Below, piece by piece: positions 17,256 through 27,049 of a DNA stretch of 64,000 nt. The number at the start of each line of letters is the position of its first letter. Position 1 is the first letter of the stretch. The notes below the pieces were generated by a model that made no database searches, was not told where the DNA came from, and saw only the letters and a list, made by a program, of their open reading frames with translations. The DNA is from Spirochaetia bacterium (lineage in GTDB: Bacteria; Spirochaetota; Spirochaetia; UBA9216), in contig CAXXYH010000004.1 in assembly GCA_963677925.2 (NCBI GenBank), positions 1,504,001 through 1,568,000 on the forward strand, in the 5' to 3' direction. Both the position numbers and the translations under genes were made by a program.

Positions 17256-19214
17256 ATGAAAGATATAAGCCGGTATGCTCACGTGTTCCAGCCATTGACT
17301 ATAAAGGGTGTAACACTTAAAAACAGGCTGCAGTATGCACCGACTGTGGTATTGAAATGTGCGCCGAACGGCGATATGACTGAAGAAATGCTCGAATTCA
17401 TGGAATGGCAGGCTAAAACCGGTGTTGCATATGTGACTGTAGGCGATACTCCCGTTACCCATGAAAATGACTCTGCATGGCTCTGCGAAATGAATGTAAA
17501 TTCAGATGACAACATACATGGAATGAATCAGCTGGTAGAAGCTGCACGATATAACGGAGCAGAGATCTCAGTTGAACTTGCACATGCCGGAAGAGGCTCG
17601 CGACAGAACATAGACTGCCCGCCGGTGCTTGCTGTATCTGCCTCCCGTCCATTGAACCCTGAAGAAACGCACCTGAAAGAGATGGATCAGGCGGATATGG
17701 ATTATATGAAGAGTCGGTATGTCGATTGCGCTGTGAGATGTAAAAAAGCGGGTTTCCGTATAATCATGCTTCACTGCGCCCACAACAACCTCATTGCCCA
17801 GTTTCTTTCTCCTGCCAGCAACGTCCGGACTGATGAATACGGCGGAACACCGCAGAACCGGCGCAGATGGCCTCTTGAGGTTCTGAAGGCTGTAAGGGAT
17901 GCGGTTGGTGAAGAAATGGTAATTGAGATAAGGGTTTCCGCCCAGGAGGATAACCCTGATGGCCTTCAGTTTGATGAGTCGCTCGACTTCATGGAAGCAG
18001 CACAGCAGTACATTGATATTGTACATATTTCACGCGGAAGCATCTTTGACTTTACAGCCGCGGTCTACACCATCCCCACATATTTCAAGGGAAGACAGCT
18101 TAATGTAGCCTTTGCAGCCGAGGCAAAAAAAAGGCTGAAGATTCCTGTTGCCGTTGTCGGAAATATCACTTCACTTGCTGAAGCTGAAGAAATAATAGCA
18201 TCCGGCAAGGCTGATATTGTGGCTATCGCCAAATCCTACATGGCGGACGGTGATCTGATTCATAAATCAGTGGATGGAAGGGCTGAGGATATCAGACCAT
18301 GTACCCGATGTGATCAGTGCGGGAATGCGAATACCTACGGTACTTCAATGCGCTGTGCAGTCAATCCGCGAATGGGTATTCCCGGCGGTATCGAAGTGCT
18401 CGCTCCTGCAGATCGTAAAAAAGTAATGATTGTAGGCGGCGGACCCGGCGGAATGATGGCGGCTCAGACTCTTATCGCCCTGGGGCACAGGGTGAGTCTA
18501 TATGAAAAAATGGAGACTCTCGGCGGTCTTTTAAAAGACGCTACGGCTGCACCTTTTAAGGAATACCTTCGAAACTATCTTGACTGGGACATCAGGGCAA
18601 CTATGTCCTGCGGTGCCGAAATAAAACTGAATACCGAAGTTTCGGCAGAACTTGTTGAAAAAGAGAATCCTGATGCAGTAATTGTTGCTACAGGTTCCAA
18701 GTATCTAGTTCCGCCGATTCCGGGAATTGAGAGCGATATTGTAAAGTCTGTAATTGATGTTGAGTCAAATAGAGCCGTGACAGGTGAAAAGGTACTTGTC
18801 TGCGGTGGCGGGCTGTCGGGCCTTGAGTGCGCACTTACCCTTGCTATGGAGGGGAAGGATGTTACTGTGATAGACATGATACCGGTGAATGAATTCTGTG
18901 TTGATATGCCTATTTTTAATAAGGCGGATCTCTTCGAGCACCTGAAACGCTTTGGTGTAAAGCTGGTAGGTGAACGGAGAATTATATCCTTTTCAGAGTC
19001 GGGTGTGGAAGTTTCCGGTCCTGACGGAGAGAAGGAAATATTTGAGGCGGATACCTGCGTCAATGCCCTGGGCGTTGTGCCGGATAATACGCTTGGGCTG
19101 GAGCTTCTTGGAAAGTATGGAAATGATGTTTTTTTGATTGGGGACTGTGTATCAAAGGGGCGGACTTTTTATCATGCTAACCAGGAAGCCTACCATGCTT
19201 CAATGCGGATTTAA
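17256..19214 (+). CDS. Fe-S flavoenzyme, NADH:flavin oxidoreductase / Old Yellow Enzyme family (BaiCD/FadH-like architecture)
   Basis: TIM-barrel ELAHAGR, QFLSP-x2-N-x-RTDEYGG, CTRCDQC-x11-C cluster motif, two GxGxxG motifs; GGAGG RBS before ATG 17256. Confidence 0.9.
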   Translation: MKDISRYAHVFQPLTIKGVTLKNRLQYAPTVVLKCAPNGDMTEEMLEFMEWQAKTGVAYVTVGDTPVTHENDSAWLCEMNVNSDDNIHGMNQLVEAARYNGAEISVELAHAGRGSRQNIDCPPVLAVSASRPLNPEETHLKEMDQADMDYMKSRYVDCAVRCKKAGFRIIMLHCAHNNLIAQFLSPASNVRTDEYGGTPQNRRRWPLEVLKAVRDAVGEEMVIEIRVSAQEDNPDGLQFDESLDFMEAAQQYIDIVHISRGSIFDFTAAVYTIPTYFKGRQLNVAFAAEAKKRLKIPVAVVGNITSLAEAEEIIASGKADIVAIAKSYMADGDLIHKSVDGRAEDIRPCTRCDQCGNANTYGTSMRCAVNPRMGIPGGIEVLAPADRKKVMIVGGGPGGMMAAQTLIALGHRVSLYEKMETLGGLLKDATAAPFKEYLRNYLDWDIRATMSCGAEIKLNTEVSAELVEKENPDAVIVATGSKYLVPPIPGIESDIVKSVIDVESNRAVTGEKVLVCGGGLSGLECALTLAMEGKDVTVIDMIPVNEFCVDMPIFNKADLFEHLKRFGVKLVGERRIISFSESGVEVSGPDGEKEIFEADTCVNALGVVPDNTLGLELLGKYGNDVFLIGDCVSKGRTFYHANQEAYHASMRI

Positions 19215-19340
19215 TAACTTCAAAGGTATGGAGATTGCGATTTTTATTCATTGACAGAATCGAAGAATTTAACTAACATTTGTGTACTCATCTTTACTAT
19301 GGTTAAAAACACAAATACCAAATATTTGGAGGAATAATAA

Positions 19341-20099
19341 ATGGGACGATTACAGGATAAAATAGCAATTGTAACCGGCGGAAACTCCGGAATCGGACTT
19401 GCAACAGCAAAGCTCTTCTGCAAGGAAGGTGCAAAAGTTGTTATCTGCGGTAGAAGAGACGCTGAAAACAAAAAGGCTGTTGAAGAAATTACAGCAGCAG
19501 GCGGCGAAATAATGGCTGTTCAGGCTGATGTTTCAAAGCAGGAAGACTGTCACAAGGTTGTTGACGCAACTATTGAAAAATACGGAAAGATTGATGTACT
19601 GGTTAACAATGCCGGTATTGCAGACAGGCACATGCCTATCAACAAGTGTACTGAAGACTGGTATATGGAAGTATGTCTGATTGACCAGTTCTCAGTTTAC
19701 TACATGAGCAAGTATACTCTTGAGCACATGGAAAAGGTTGGAACTGGTTCTATTGTTAACGTTTCTTCAATCGGAGCAATGGGTCTTGCCGGTATTTCAT
19801 ACAGCGCAGCAAAATCTGCTGTTAACGCAATGACCAAGAATATCGGTCTTCAGTATTCTGCAACAGGAATCAGATGCAACGCTGTTGGCCCCGGACCTAC
19901 TCCTACACCGCTTAACGCTCCTGAAGCATTCAAGCACTTCTATATGGAGTTTGCAGATAAGTGTGCACAGCATCTTGACCTTTCTGTTCCGGAGGCTCAG
20001 GCTGAGGACCAGGCTGAAGCAATTCTCTTTTTTGCAAGCGATGCTTCAAAAGCTGTTACAGCTCAGGTTATGTACGTATCTCACGGAACAACAATATAA
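19341..20099 (+). CDS. Short-chain dehydrogenase/reductase
   Basis: TGGNSGIG, NNAG and YSAAK motifs; GGAGG RBS. Confidence 0.92.
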   Translation: MGRLQDKIAIVTGGNSGIGLATAKLFCKEGAKVVICGRRDAENKKAVEEITAAGGEIMAVQADVSKQEDCHKVVDATIEKYGKIDVLVNNAGIADRHMPINKCTEDWYMEVCLIDQFSVYYMSKYTLEHMEKVGTGSIVNVSSIGAMGLAGISYSAAKSAVNAMTKNIGLQYSATGIRCNAVGPGPTPTPLNAPEAFKHFYMEFADKCAQHLDLSVPEAQAEDQAEAILFFASDASKAVTAQVMYVSHGTTI

Positions 20100-20133
20100 T
20101 CGACGCTGTCAGTCAATTTTAAATTGAGTATCT

Positions 20134-20168
20134 GCCTGCAGGGAATTCCCTCTGCAGGCTTTTTTTTT
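20134..20168 (+). terminator. Intrinsic terminator after the SDR gene
   Basis: GCCTGCAG...CTGCAGGC stem followed by a T9 tract. Confidence 0.8.
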
Positions 20169-20205
20169 GTATATATTCTGTTTTATAATTAAACCGGAGA
20201 CGCAG

Positions 20206-20805
20206 ATGAACGAACGTGCCCGGCAGGCGAATCCGGTTTTTAAGGATCGTACCACTATTTCAATAAGAGCCTTTGGAATGGTATTTACCGGTAATATAAT
20301 AGGTTATATTCCGGATTCCGATGGAGGAAATGCCAAGTGGCACAGATGGATATTCGAAAATGACGGAACCTCACCGTCTATGAACCCTCTGGCTCATTTT
20401 TTCCCGGGACGGGATTTTAAAAAATTTTTATTCAAGCATCCTGATACCGATTTTGGAATGAGCAGATATCTTGTTTTGGGAAATACCACCCTGAATCAAG
20501 GCTACCGTGTAACTCTTGCCGACGGAACAGTTGTTTCAGGATACGACTACGAAAACTCCGCTCCTGAAAGCAGGGAGCGCCGTATGATTCCCGTAAGACT
20601 GAAGCCTGTTCTCTATGAGCTGAACGGTGTTAGTCTTGATGAGGCACAGAATATTTTCAGCTCACTTTCTGAAGAGTTTTCGGATTACATCAACCTTAAA
20701 TTTGAGGTGGATGATGAATACGGGACGACAGTGCTTAATCTCTGGGGTGAACGCCTGGAAACAGATGAGGAATACAGGCAGCGTAGATCTGCTGCAGATA
20801 AATAG
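20206..20805 (+). CDS. Hypothetical protein
   Basis: 199 aa ORF filling the intergenic gap; GGAG RBS before ATG 20206; no recognised family. Confidence 0.7.
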   Translation: MNERARQANPVFKDRTTISIRAFGMVFTGNIIGYIPDSDGGNAKWHRWIFENDGTSPSMNPLAHFFPGRDFKKFLFKHPDTDFGMSRYLVLGNTTLNQGYRVTLADGTVVSGYDYENSAPESRERRMIPVRLKPVLYELNGVSLDEAQNIFSSLSEEFSDYINLKFEVDDEYGTTVLNLWGERLETDEEYRQRRSAADK

Positions 20806-20869
20806 AGCAGCCTGCCGAAGGGTAGTATTCCTTTAACGACATATCGAGAAAGATGTGGTAAGATTTCTT

Positions 20870-21784
20870 ATGGAATTTAATCAGCTGCGTTATTTTCAGA
20901 CTGTTGCAAAGACGGGAAATGTTTCAAAGGCCTCGGAAATACTATTTGTAACTCAGCCCAATATCAGCAAGAGCATCGCCCGGCTTGAAGATGAAATCGG
21001 GGTCCAATTATTCGATCACCGCAAGGGCAAGATTACTCTCAATGAATACGGTCGGGTCTTTCTTTCCAGCGTTGAAGTAGCTTTTTCGGAACTGACTACC
21101 GGGGTTCAGACAGTACAGCGTCTTTTTGAAACAAGTCAGGGTACCCTGTCTCTTGCATGTTCAATTGATGATTTTCTGCCCGACCTTCTTAAGCAGTTTT
21201 CGCTTCAGCATCCTGAAATCGGAATAAGGCAGTTAAGCCATTCTTTTAGCACTATAATCGAACATCTTCTGGATCGTTCCCTTAATATTGCAATTACAAG
21301 TCAGGAAATAAAAGATGAACGCATTGTTTTTGAGCTTTTAGGGCGTAAAGACTATGTAATTCTTGTGCATAAGTCACATCTTCTTGCCTCGGAAGGCGAG
21401 GTTCACGTCAGTCAGCTGCGTGATGAGAAGTTTATCTGCGACAGTACCAGGCTTAACCTGGAAAAACTCAGGGATATCTGTATTAAACAGGGTTTCGCAC
21501 CCGATGTGGCCTTTGAGGTTGAAAGTTCGGATTTAATCTTTCAGCTGATTGAAGGGAATGCCGGTATTGCCTTAGTTCCCGTCCCTCAGTTTGCAAAATT
21601 TGTATCGCAGAACAGAGACCATCATATCAGTGTTCTTAAGATTAAGGATGATATTCCTCCGGCCATGATTGGGGTAGCTTATCATAAAGGCTATGTTATT
21701 TCAAAGTCAGCCGAGATGTTCATTGCCTTCATCAGAGAGTGGCTTGCAGGTGAAGACAGGCTGATTGAAAAACTCGGTTTATAG
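20870..21784 (+). CDS. LysR-family transcriptional regulator
   Basis: MEFNQLRYFQTVAKTGNVSKASEILFVTQPNISKSIARLEDEIGVQLF HTH plus substrate-binding domain. Confidence 0.93.
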   Translation: MEFNQLRYFQTVAKTGNVSKASEILFVTQPNISKSIARLEDEIGVQLFDHRKGKITLNEYGRVFLSSVEVAFSELTTGVQTVQRLFETSQGTLSLACSIDDFLPDLLKQFSLQHPEIGIRQLSHSFSTIIEHLLDRSLNIAITSQEIKDERIVFELLGRKDYVILVHKSHLLASEGEVHVSQLRDEKFICDSTRLNLEKLRDICIKQGFAPDVAFEVESSDLIFQLIEGNAGIALVPVPQFAKFVSQNRDHHISVLKIKDDIPPAMIGVAYHKGYVISKSAEMFIAFIREWLAGEDRLIEKLGL

Positions 21785-21807
21785 GATTTTTCTGAAGCTG
21801 CTGAAAG

Positions 21808-21876
21808 TTATTACCTGTACAGCATAACGATAGGATGAAAAAGACATTTTGAACAGAAGGCCTGCACTGATATACT
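21808..21876 (+). promoter_or_regulatory. Promoter with an upstream motif shared with 17159-17227
   Basis: TTAT-N12-ATAACGATAGGATGAAAAAGACATT-TTGAAC-16-TATACT. Confidence 0.65.
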
Positions 21877-21905
21877 GTTTTTCAGAAAATGAAAGGAGTA
21901 TGAAA

Positions 21906-22691
21906 ATGCCGGCTGATATTAAGGGAAAAGTTGTTCTTATAACAGGCGGAGCTTCAGGGATGGGCAGAGCGGCAGCTCTTGAGTTCGCTGAGCTCGGCGC
22001 AAAGGTAGTTGTATCAACTGCAAATAACATAAAAGGCGGTGAAGAGACCGTTTCAATGATAAAAGAAAAGGGCGGCGAGGCTTTTTTTATTCAGTGCGAT
22101 GTAGGCTCTGAAGCTTCCGTGGAAAAACTGGTTGCGGGCACTGTCGGGAAGTACGGCAGGCTGGACTGCGCCTTTAATAATGCGGGGATCGGTCCCGACG
22201 GCGTTCGGATTCCGCATGTTCCCCTTACTGAAGTTTCTGAAGAAAACTGGGACCGCATAATGAATACAAACCTGAAGGGTATCTTTTTCTGTCTGAAACA
22301 TGAGCTTAGGCAGATGCAGAAGCAGGGAAGCGGGGCTATCGTAAATACAGCCTCAATCGGAGGTCTGAAAATGGCCCCGAACTTCGGAGCTTACGGTCCG
22401 AGCAAGAGCGCAGTAATTGCGGTTACACGAACAGCAGCAATCGAGAATGCCAGAAATGGTATCAGGGTTAATGTTGTCTGCCCGGGGCCCACTGCAGGGA
22501 CCAATCTTATGAATAATACGCTTGAAACAAATCCTGAGGAGGAGAACCTTCTCAGGGAACATGTTATCCCTATGGGGAAACTTGGAACAACCCTGGATGT
22601 TGCAAGGGCCGTTGTATGGCTTTGTTCAGATTTTTCAGGAAATACTACCGGTCAGGCTCTGTCTGTTGACGGCGGAATGCATATTGCCTGA
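21906..22691 (+). CDS. Short-chain dehydrogenase/reductase
   Basis: TGGASGMG, FNNAG and YGPSK motifs; AGGAG 7 nt before ATG 21906. Confidence 0.92.
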   Translation: MPADIKGKVVLITGGASGMGRAAALEFAELGAKVVVSTANNIKGGEETVSMIKEKGGEAFFIQCDVGSEASVEKLVAGTVGKYGRLDCAFNNAGIGPDGVRIPHVPLTEVSEENWDRIMNTNLKGIFFCLKHELRQMQKQGSGAIVNTASIGGLKMAPNFGAYGPSKSAVIAVTRTAAIENARNGIRVNVVCPGPTAGTNLMNNTLETNPEEENLLREHVIPMGKLGTTLDVARAVVWLCSDFSGNTTGQALSVDGGMHIA

Positions 22692-22723
22692 TCATAGCTA
22701 TCTGAATAAGTAAATGCTGATTG

Positions 22724-22758
22724 AATCCCCGGAGCCGAGATACTCCGGGATTTTTTTT
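22724..22758. terminator. Intrinsic terminator
   Basis: AATCCCCGGAG-N8-CTCCGGGATT followed by a T run, between convergent genes. Confidence 0.75.
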
Positions 22759-22766
22759 AGGTTTAA

Positions 22767-23639
22767 TTAAAGTTCGAATCCCAGAAAGGTTCTTACCGCC
22801 CAGCCTATGCCGAAGGATATGATAGCTACACCGATACTGATGCCTGCCATCTCAAGGAATCTGCTCTTGAAATCAAGGTCTTTGGCGACAGAAATATAAA
22901 AATTAAAGAACAGGATGATAAGCACAGCTATAGCTATTGTTATTCCAAGATCGATGAACGGATTGGGGATGATAAGAAAGGGAAGTACCAGAAGGGTAAC
23001 AGTTATTATATAGGCCAGGCCTGTATAAATACTTGAACTGAATCCCCCTTCCTCCTTTTCCTCTCTCTTGGAAAGGTATTCGCTTGCTGCCATTGAGAGT
23101 GATGCGGATATACCGGTAATCAGACCGAGAAGGGCAATGTTTCTGCTGTCCTGTATTGCGAAGGTGTAGCCTGCAAGTGCACCTGTAAGCTCGACAAGGG
23201 CATCATTGAGTCCAAGAACTATTGAACCTATATAGTTAAGGCGTTTTTCATTGAGCATATCGATGAGTTCACGTTCATGCCGTTCCTCTTCTTCGATGAC
23301 CAGCTTAAGTTCGGGCAGATATTCTTCTATTAAAGAATATCCCTCATGAGCTTCCTGCTCACCGTTTTCAAGCAGTTTGAAAGCGAATGTCAGTCCCAGT
23401 ATCCTTGCAATTATTTTGAAAATCAGTACATACAGGAATCTTGGTTTTATATCCATCCCCGAGAATTTTTTCAGGTAGTCATAGTGCTTTTTTTCATCAG
23501 CAGCTATGGTTTTAAGAATTTTCGCATTCTCAGGGTTTTTGCATGAAGCGGCAATGCTGCTGTATATAAGATGGGCTTCTATCTCGTTGCGCTGGTCTCT
23601 GCGGATCTCCAGCCTGACTTTTTCAGGTATATCTGACAT
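22767..23639 (-). CDS. Rubrerythrin-domain VIT1/CCC1 transporter family protein
   Basis: N-terminal ExxH pairs (DEKKH, EEERH); C-terminal GSIVLGLNDALVELTGAL and SMAASEYLS. Confidence 0.88.
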   Translation of the reverse strand: MSDIPEKVRLEIRRDQRNEIEAHLIYSSIAASCKNPENAKILKTIAADEKKHYDYLKKFSGMDIKPRFLYVLIFKIIARILGLTFAFKLLENGEQEAHEGYSLIEEYLPELKLVIEEEERHERELIDMLNEKRLNYIGSIVLGLNDALVELTGALAGYTFAIQDSRNIALLGLITGISASLSMAASEYLSKREEKEEGGFSSSIYTGLAYIITVTLLVLPFLIIPNPFIDLGITIAIAVLIILFFNFYISVAKDLDFKSRFLEMAGISIGVAIISFGIGWAVRTFLGFEL

Positions 23640-23727
23640 TATTTTCTCCTGGTTTTATTGTGTAAATATTGAGGACTGACTGTCAATAGAATATTTCAGA
23701 AATAATTTAAAATACGACGGCCGGAGT

Positions 23728-24669
23728 TCAGTTGTTTAAAACGGCGAGTGCTGTCTGTTCATCAATAATGAGATGGCTGAATATCCTTGATTTCAGTCCT
23801 GCAGAAACAGCCTTCGCTTTTTCAAGCCCGGCCACTATACAGAAAACCTTCGGTATTTTTTTCAGCTGTTCATGGCTGCAAACCATAAGCAGTTCTGTTG
23901 CATCGCCCGACAGAAAATTGCCGTCCTTATCGAAGGGCCAGCCGCAGATATCTCCTACTGCATTATTGAATACAGGGGATTTATCATCTTCGAGATCGAG
24001 GTATTTCCGCCATATTTCATCTGTAGTGTCTGAAGGCGGAACCCCGATTGATGTGACGGCTATATCGAGGGTATCCCAGTACTGGACAATCTTTTTCATC
24101 ATAGAGCTGTTTTTATACAGCTGCAGATCTTCAAGGCTTTCGGCCATTGCCGGTGCATGTATGAAGTTGGGAGTAGCATTCAGCTTTTCGGCAAAATCAC
24201 GAACCATTTCGTTTATCTGAAATCGTTTATGAGCACGGTTGCTCCCGCCGATCAGGGGTACTATGTTCAAATCGATATAGGTATTTTCATCATTGTAATA
24301 CTGGGTCATGAATTCATAGCAGGTACGGCCCCATGCAATACCGATGTTAAGCCCGGGAAGCAGCTCTTCGTTAAATATTTCTATTGCCCTTTCCGCGGCA
24401 AGTTTAAGCAGAAGGTTGGAATCTCTTATAGATGTGGGGACTACAAAACATCGCTCAAGACTGTATTTCTCAATAAGTCTTGAGGCAAGCGCCTCATTGT
24501 TTCCCAGAGGGTTTCTCAGTTTAATTTCAACTATTCCCGCTTCTCTTGCCTGGGTCAGAAACATCGAGATTGATGATCTGGAACGTTTTATGATTGAGGC
24601 AATTTCTTCCTGTTTTTTCCCTTCCAGATAATACATTCTGGCGACATTGTAAAGCAGCTGTTTATCCAC
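23728..24669 (-). CDS. SorC/DeoR-type sugar-binding transcriptional regulator
   Basis: VARMYYLEGKKQEEIA HTH; IGIAWGRT, AVGDICG and LIIDE motifs. Confidence 0.92.
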   Translation of the reverse strand: MDKQLLYNVARMYYLEGKKQEEIASIIKRSRSSISMFLTQAREAGIVEIKLRNPLGNNEALASRLIEKYSLERCFVVPTSIRDSNLLLKLAAERAIEIFNEELLPGLNIGIAWGRTCYEFMTQYYNDENTYIDLNIVPLIGGSNRAHKRFQINEMVRDFAEKLNATPNFIHAPAMAESLEDLQLYKNSSMMKKIVQYWDTLDIAVTSIGVPPSDTTDEIWRKYLDLEDDKSPVFNNAVGDICGWPFDKDGNFLSGDATELLMVCSHEQLKKIPKVFCIVAGLEKAKAVSAGLKSRIFSHLIIDEQTALAVLNN

Positions 24670-24735
24670 TGAGCACCTCTGAAGATATGATTATACCAGT
24701 TTCGCATGAGAATCTTCAAGTTGATTCATATTATG

Positions 24736-26199
24736 CTATTTTACTGCTTCAAGATACTTTTTAAACAGCTGAAATTTCCGTTCATAAACGGCTGTATTTT
24801 CTTTAACCGGCTCAATAACCCTGGAGACTCTTACCATTTCTTTGGCTGCTTCTGCAAGATCCTGATAGGTGCCTGCGCCTACAGCGGCTCCCATTGATGC
24901 TCCAAGGGTTCCAAGTTCATCACCCTCGGTTATTTCTACCGGAAGTCCGAGGATATCTGCAAAGATCTGAACCCATTCCTTTGATTTCGAAGCGCCGCCG
25001 GATATTCTTATTTTTCTGGGTTTGTCCCGGTATTTAAGCAGCTTGTCGATGTGAAGTCTGTGTCCGAAAACAACACCTTCATATATTGCCCGAAGCATAT
25101 GGGCTCTTGTGTGCCATCCATAGAGACCTATAAAACTCGAAGACATTTCTTCTTTCAGGTTCGAGCCGAATAGATACGGGAAAAATATTAGATCTGATTC
25201 GTCAGGTTTTACTGATTCTACCAGTTTGTTTGCCGCGTCATAGTCGGAACTTTCTATTATATTGTTCATAAACCATTCAAGGTTTGAAGCTGATGTTGGA
25301 CTTGCCTCGGTTACAAGCCAGTATCCGGGGATGCCGTAGATGCTTGTCATGAACAGTTCTTCGGCTCCCACCGGAGAACTGCTTATAAATTCGTTTATAC
25401 TCCAGGTGCCTGCAATTACAGTGAGATCCTTATCATCGGTAAGACCTGTAGCAATAGCGCAGGCGTGAATATCAAAAAAGCCTCCCATAACCGGTGTTCC
25501 GGCCTTAAGCCCGGTTGCCGCAGCAGTGCTTTCTGAAACATAACCGCAGATATCTGTAGAGTTTTTAAGCGGCGGAAGCTTTGGAAGTATCTCAGGGATT
25601 CCGAAATCAGCAAGAAGGTCTTCATCATAGTTTCCGGTAAGTACATTCACCATGTTGGTTCCTGAGTAGTCGGTTATTTCTGCATAAACTTCGCCGGTCA
25701 GTTTGAAACGGATATAGTCTTTGCACATCAGTATCCAGCGGGTTTTTTCTATAATAGAGGGATTATTATCTTTGAACCAGTTTACAAGTGCAACAGGCTG
25801 AGCTGCCCATATTGACTGAAGGGTCTTCTTATTGATTTTTTCAAATGTACCGTCACTGTACCACTTGTCAACATATGATTTTGCTCTCATATCTGTTGAT
25901 ATGATACCGTTCATAACAGCATCGCCGTTTTCATCGATCAGGAACATTCCGTTTCCGTGACCGGTCTGTGATATTCCTGCAATTTCGTCAGCAGATATAT
26001 CCGCCTGTGAGAGAGCCTCTTTTATGGCCTGGACATTGGCGTTCCAGAATTCGTTCATATCCTTCTCAGTATGACCCGATTCCGGGTAGAGCATTTCCAC
26101 CTTTCTGCTGGCAATTGATATCTCATTGCCTTTTGAATCGTAAATGCCGACCTTGCAGACTGTTCCGCCGTTGTCTATTCCCATAAATAACTTTCTCAT
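24736..26199 (-). CDS. FGGY carbohydrate kinase, L-xylulokinase (LyxK)-like
   Basis: GIDNGGT, TGHGNG, CKDYIRFKLTG, AGTWSINE, SPTSASNLEWF and WVQIFAD motifs; in an operon with a 3-epimerase and a 4-epimerase. Confidence 0.85.
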   Translation of the reverse strand: MRKLFMGIDNGGTVCKVGIYDSKGNEISIASRKVEMLYPESGHTEKDMNEFWNANVQAIKEALSQADISADEIAGISQTGHGNGMFLIDENGDAVMNGIISTDMRAKSYVDKWYSDGTFEKINKKTLQSIWAAQPVALVNWFKDNNPSIIEKTRWILMCKDYIRFKLTGEVYAEITDYSGTNMVNVLTGNYDEDLLADFGIPEILPKLPPLKNSTDICGYVSESTAAATGLKAGTPVMGGFFDIHACAIATGLTDDKDLTVIAGTWSINEFISSSPVGAEELFMTSIYGIPGYWLVTEASPTSASNLEWFMNNIIESSDYDAANKLVESVKPDESDLIFFPYLFGSNLKEEMSSSFIGLYGWHTRAHMLRAIYEGVVFGHRLHIDKLLKYRDKPRKIRISGGASKSKEWVQIFADILGLPVEITEGDELGTLGASMGAAVGAGTYQDLAEAAKEMVRVSRVIEPVKENTAVYERKFQLFKKYLEAVK

Positions 26200-26210
26200 C
26201 AACACACCTC

Positions 26211-27044
26211 TTAAAACATATTCTCTATTACGAAATTCTTTGCGGCTTTAAGCTCTTCCATTGTGTCAGTGCTTTCATCAGCCCACATCTCAATGACTAT
26301 CATCCCTTTGAATTCTGCAGTCTTTACAGCTTCTGATGCACGTTGAAAGTCTACAGTACCCTTGCCGAAGGGGATCCTTCTGACTACGCCGGGATTTGTA
26401 TCTTTTATGTGCATGGCTGCTATGTGCCCCCTGGCAGAGGCCAGATCCAGAACTATGTCGTTGCCCATAGCTGAACTGTTGCCCAGATCGGGATAGGCCT
26501 GAAGATAGGGGGAGTCAAACATTTTTACATAGGTCATAACGCGTTCTATGGAGGGCATGAAAATTATGCCCATATTTTCAATAGCAAGGGTTACTCCGCG
26601 CTTCTCTGCATAGCGGAGTGATTTTTCAAGATTGGAAAGGTAGTTATCCTGCGATTGCTGAGTACTCTCCTCATCATATGCCGCGTCGTAGCCGGCAAGC
26701 TGCACAATCCTTATCCCTGTGTCGGATGCAAAGTCTATCGCATCGAACATCAGCTTCATGCCTGCGGTACGGATATCTTCATAGCAGCTTCCAATCGGAT
26801 AACGCCGATGCCCGCTCAGGCACATGGTCGGAACTTTCAGGCCTGAATTGAGCACTGCCTTTACGAAATCTTTCTTTTCACTCATAGACCAGTTCATTCT
26901 TGAAAGTCTGTAGTCGCTCTCATCCACTGATATTTCGACAAAGCTGAATCCTGCTTCACCGGCATACTCAAGAAGCTGCGGCCATTCCATTCCTTCGGGA
27001 ACAGCTTTCTCATATAGTCCGAACTGGTAATTATCAATATTCAT
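26211..27044 (-). CDS. ulaE: L-ribulose-5-phosphate 3-epimerase (UlaE/SgbU family)
   Basis: GLYEKA, FVEISVDESD, MCLSGHRRYPIGS, IVQLAGYD, YPDLGN, HIKDT and EMW motifs. Confidence 0.9.
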   Translation of the reverse strand: MNIDNYQFGLYEKAVPEGMEWPQLLEYAGEAGFSFVEISVDESDYRLSRMNWSMSEKKDFVKAVLNSGLKVPTMCLSGHRRYPIGSCYEDIRTAGMKLMFDAIDFASDTGIRIVQLAGYDAAYDEESTQQSQDNYLSNLEKSLRYAEKRGVTLAIENMGIIFMPSIERVMTYVKMFDSPYLQAYPDLGNSSAMGNDIVLDLASARGHIAAMHIKDTNPGVVRRIPFGKGTVDFQRASEAVKTAEFKGMIVIEMWADESTDTMEELKAAKNFVIENMF

Positions 27045-27049
27045 AACTG

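Noticed and set aside
17256-19214. Assigning the flavoenzyme as bilirubin reductase, BaiCD or FadH
   Set aside because: It lacks the BilR HGDR motif and the canonical Tyr, and no other bai genes are nearby; only a family-level call is supported.
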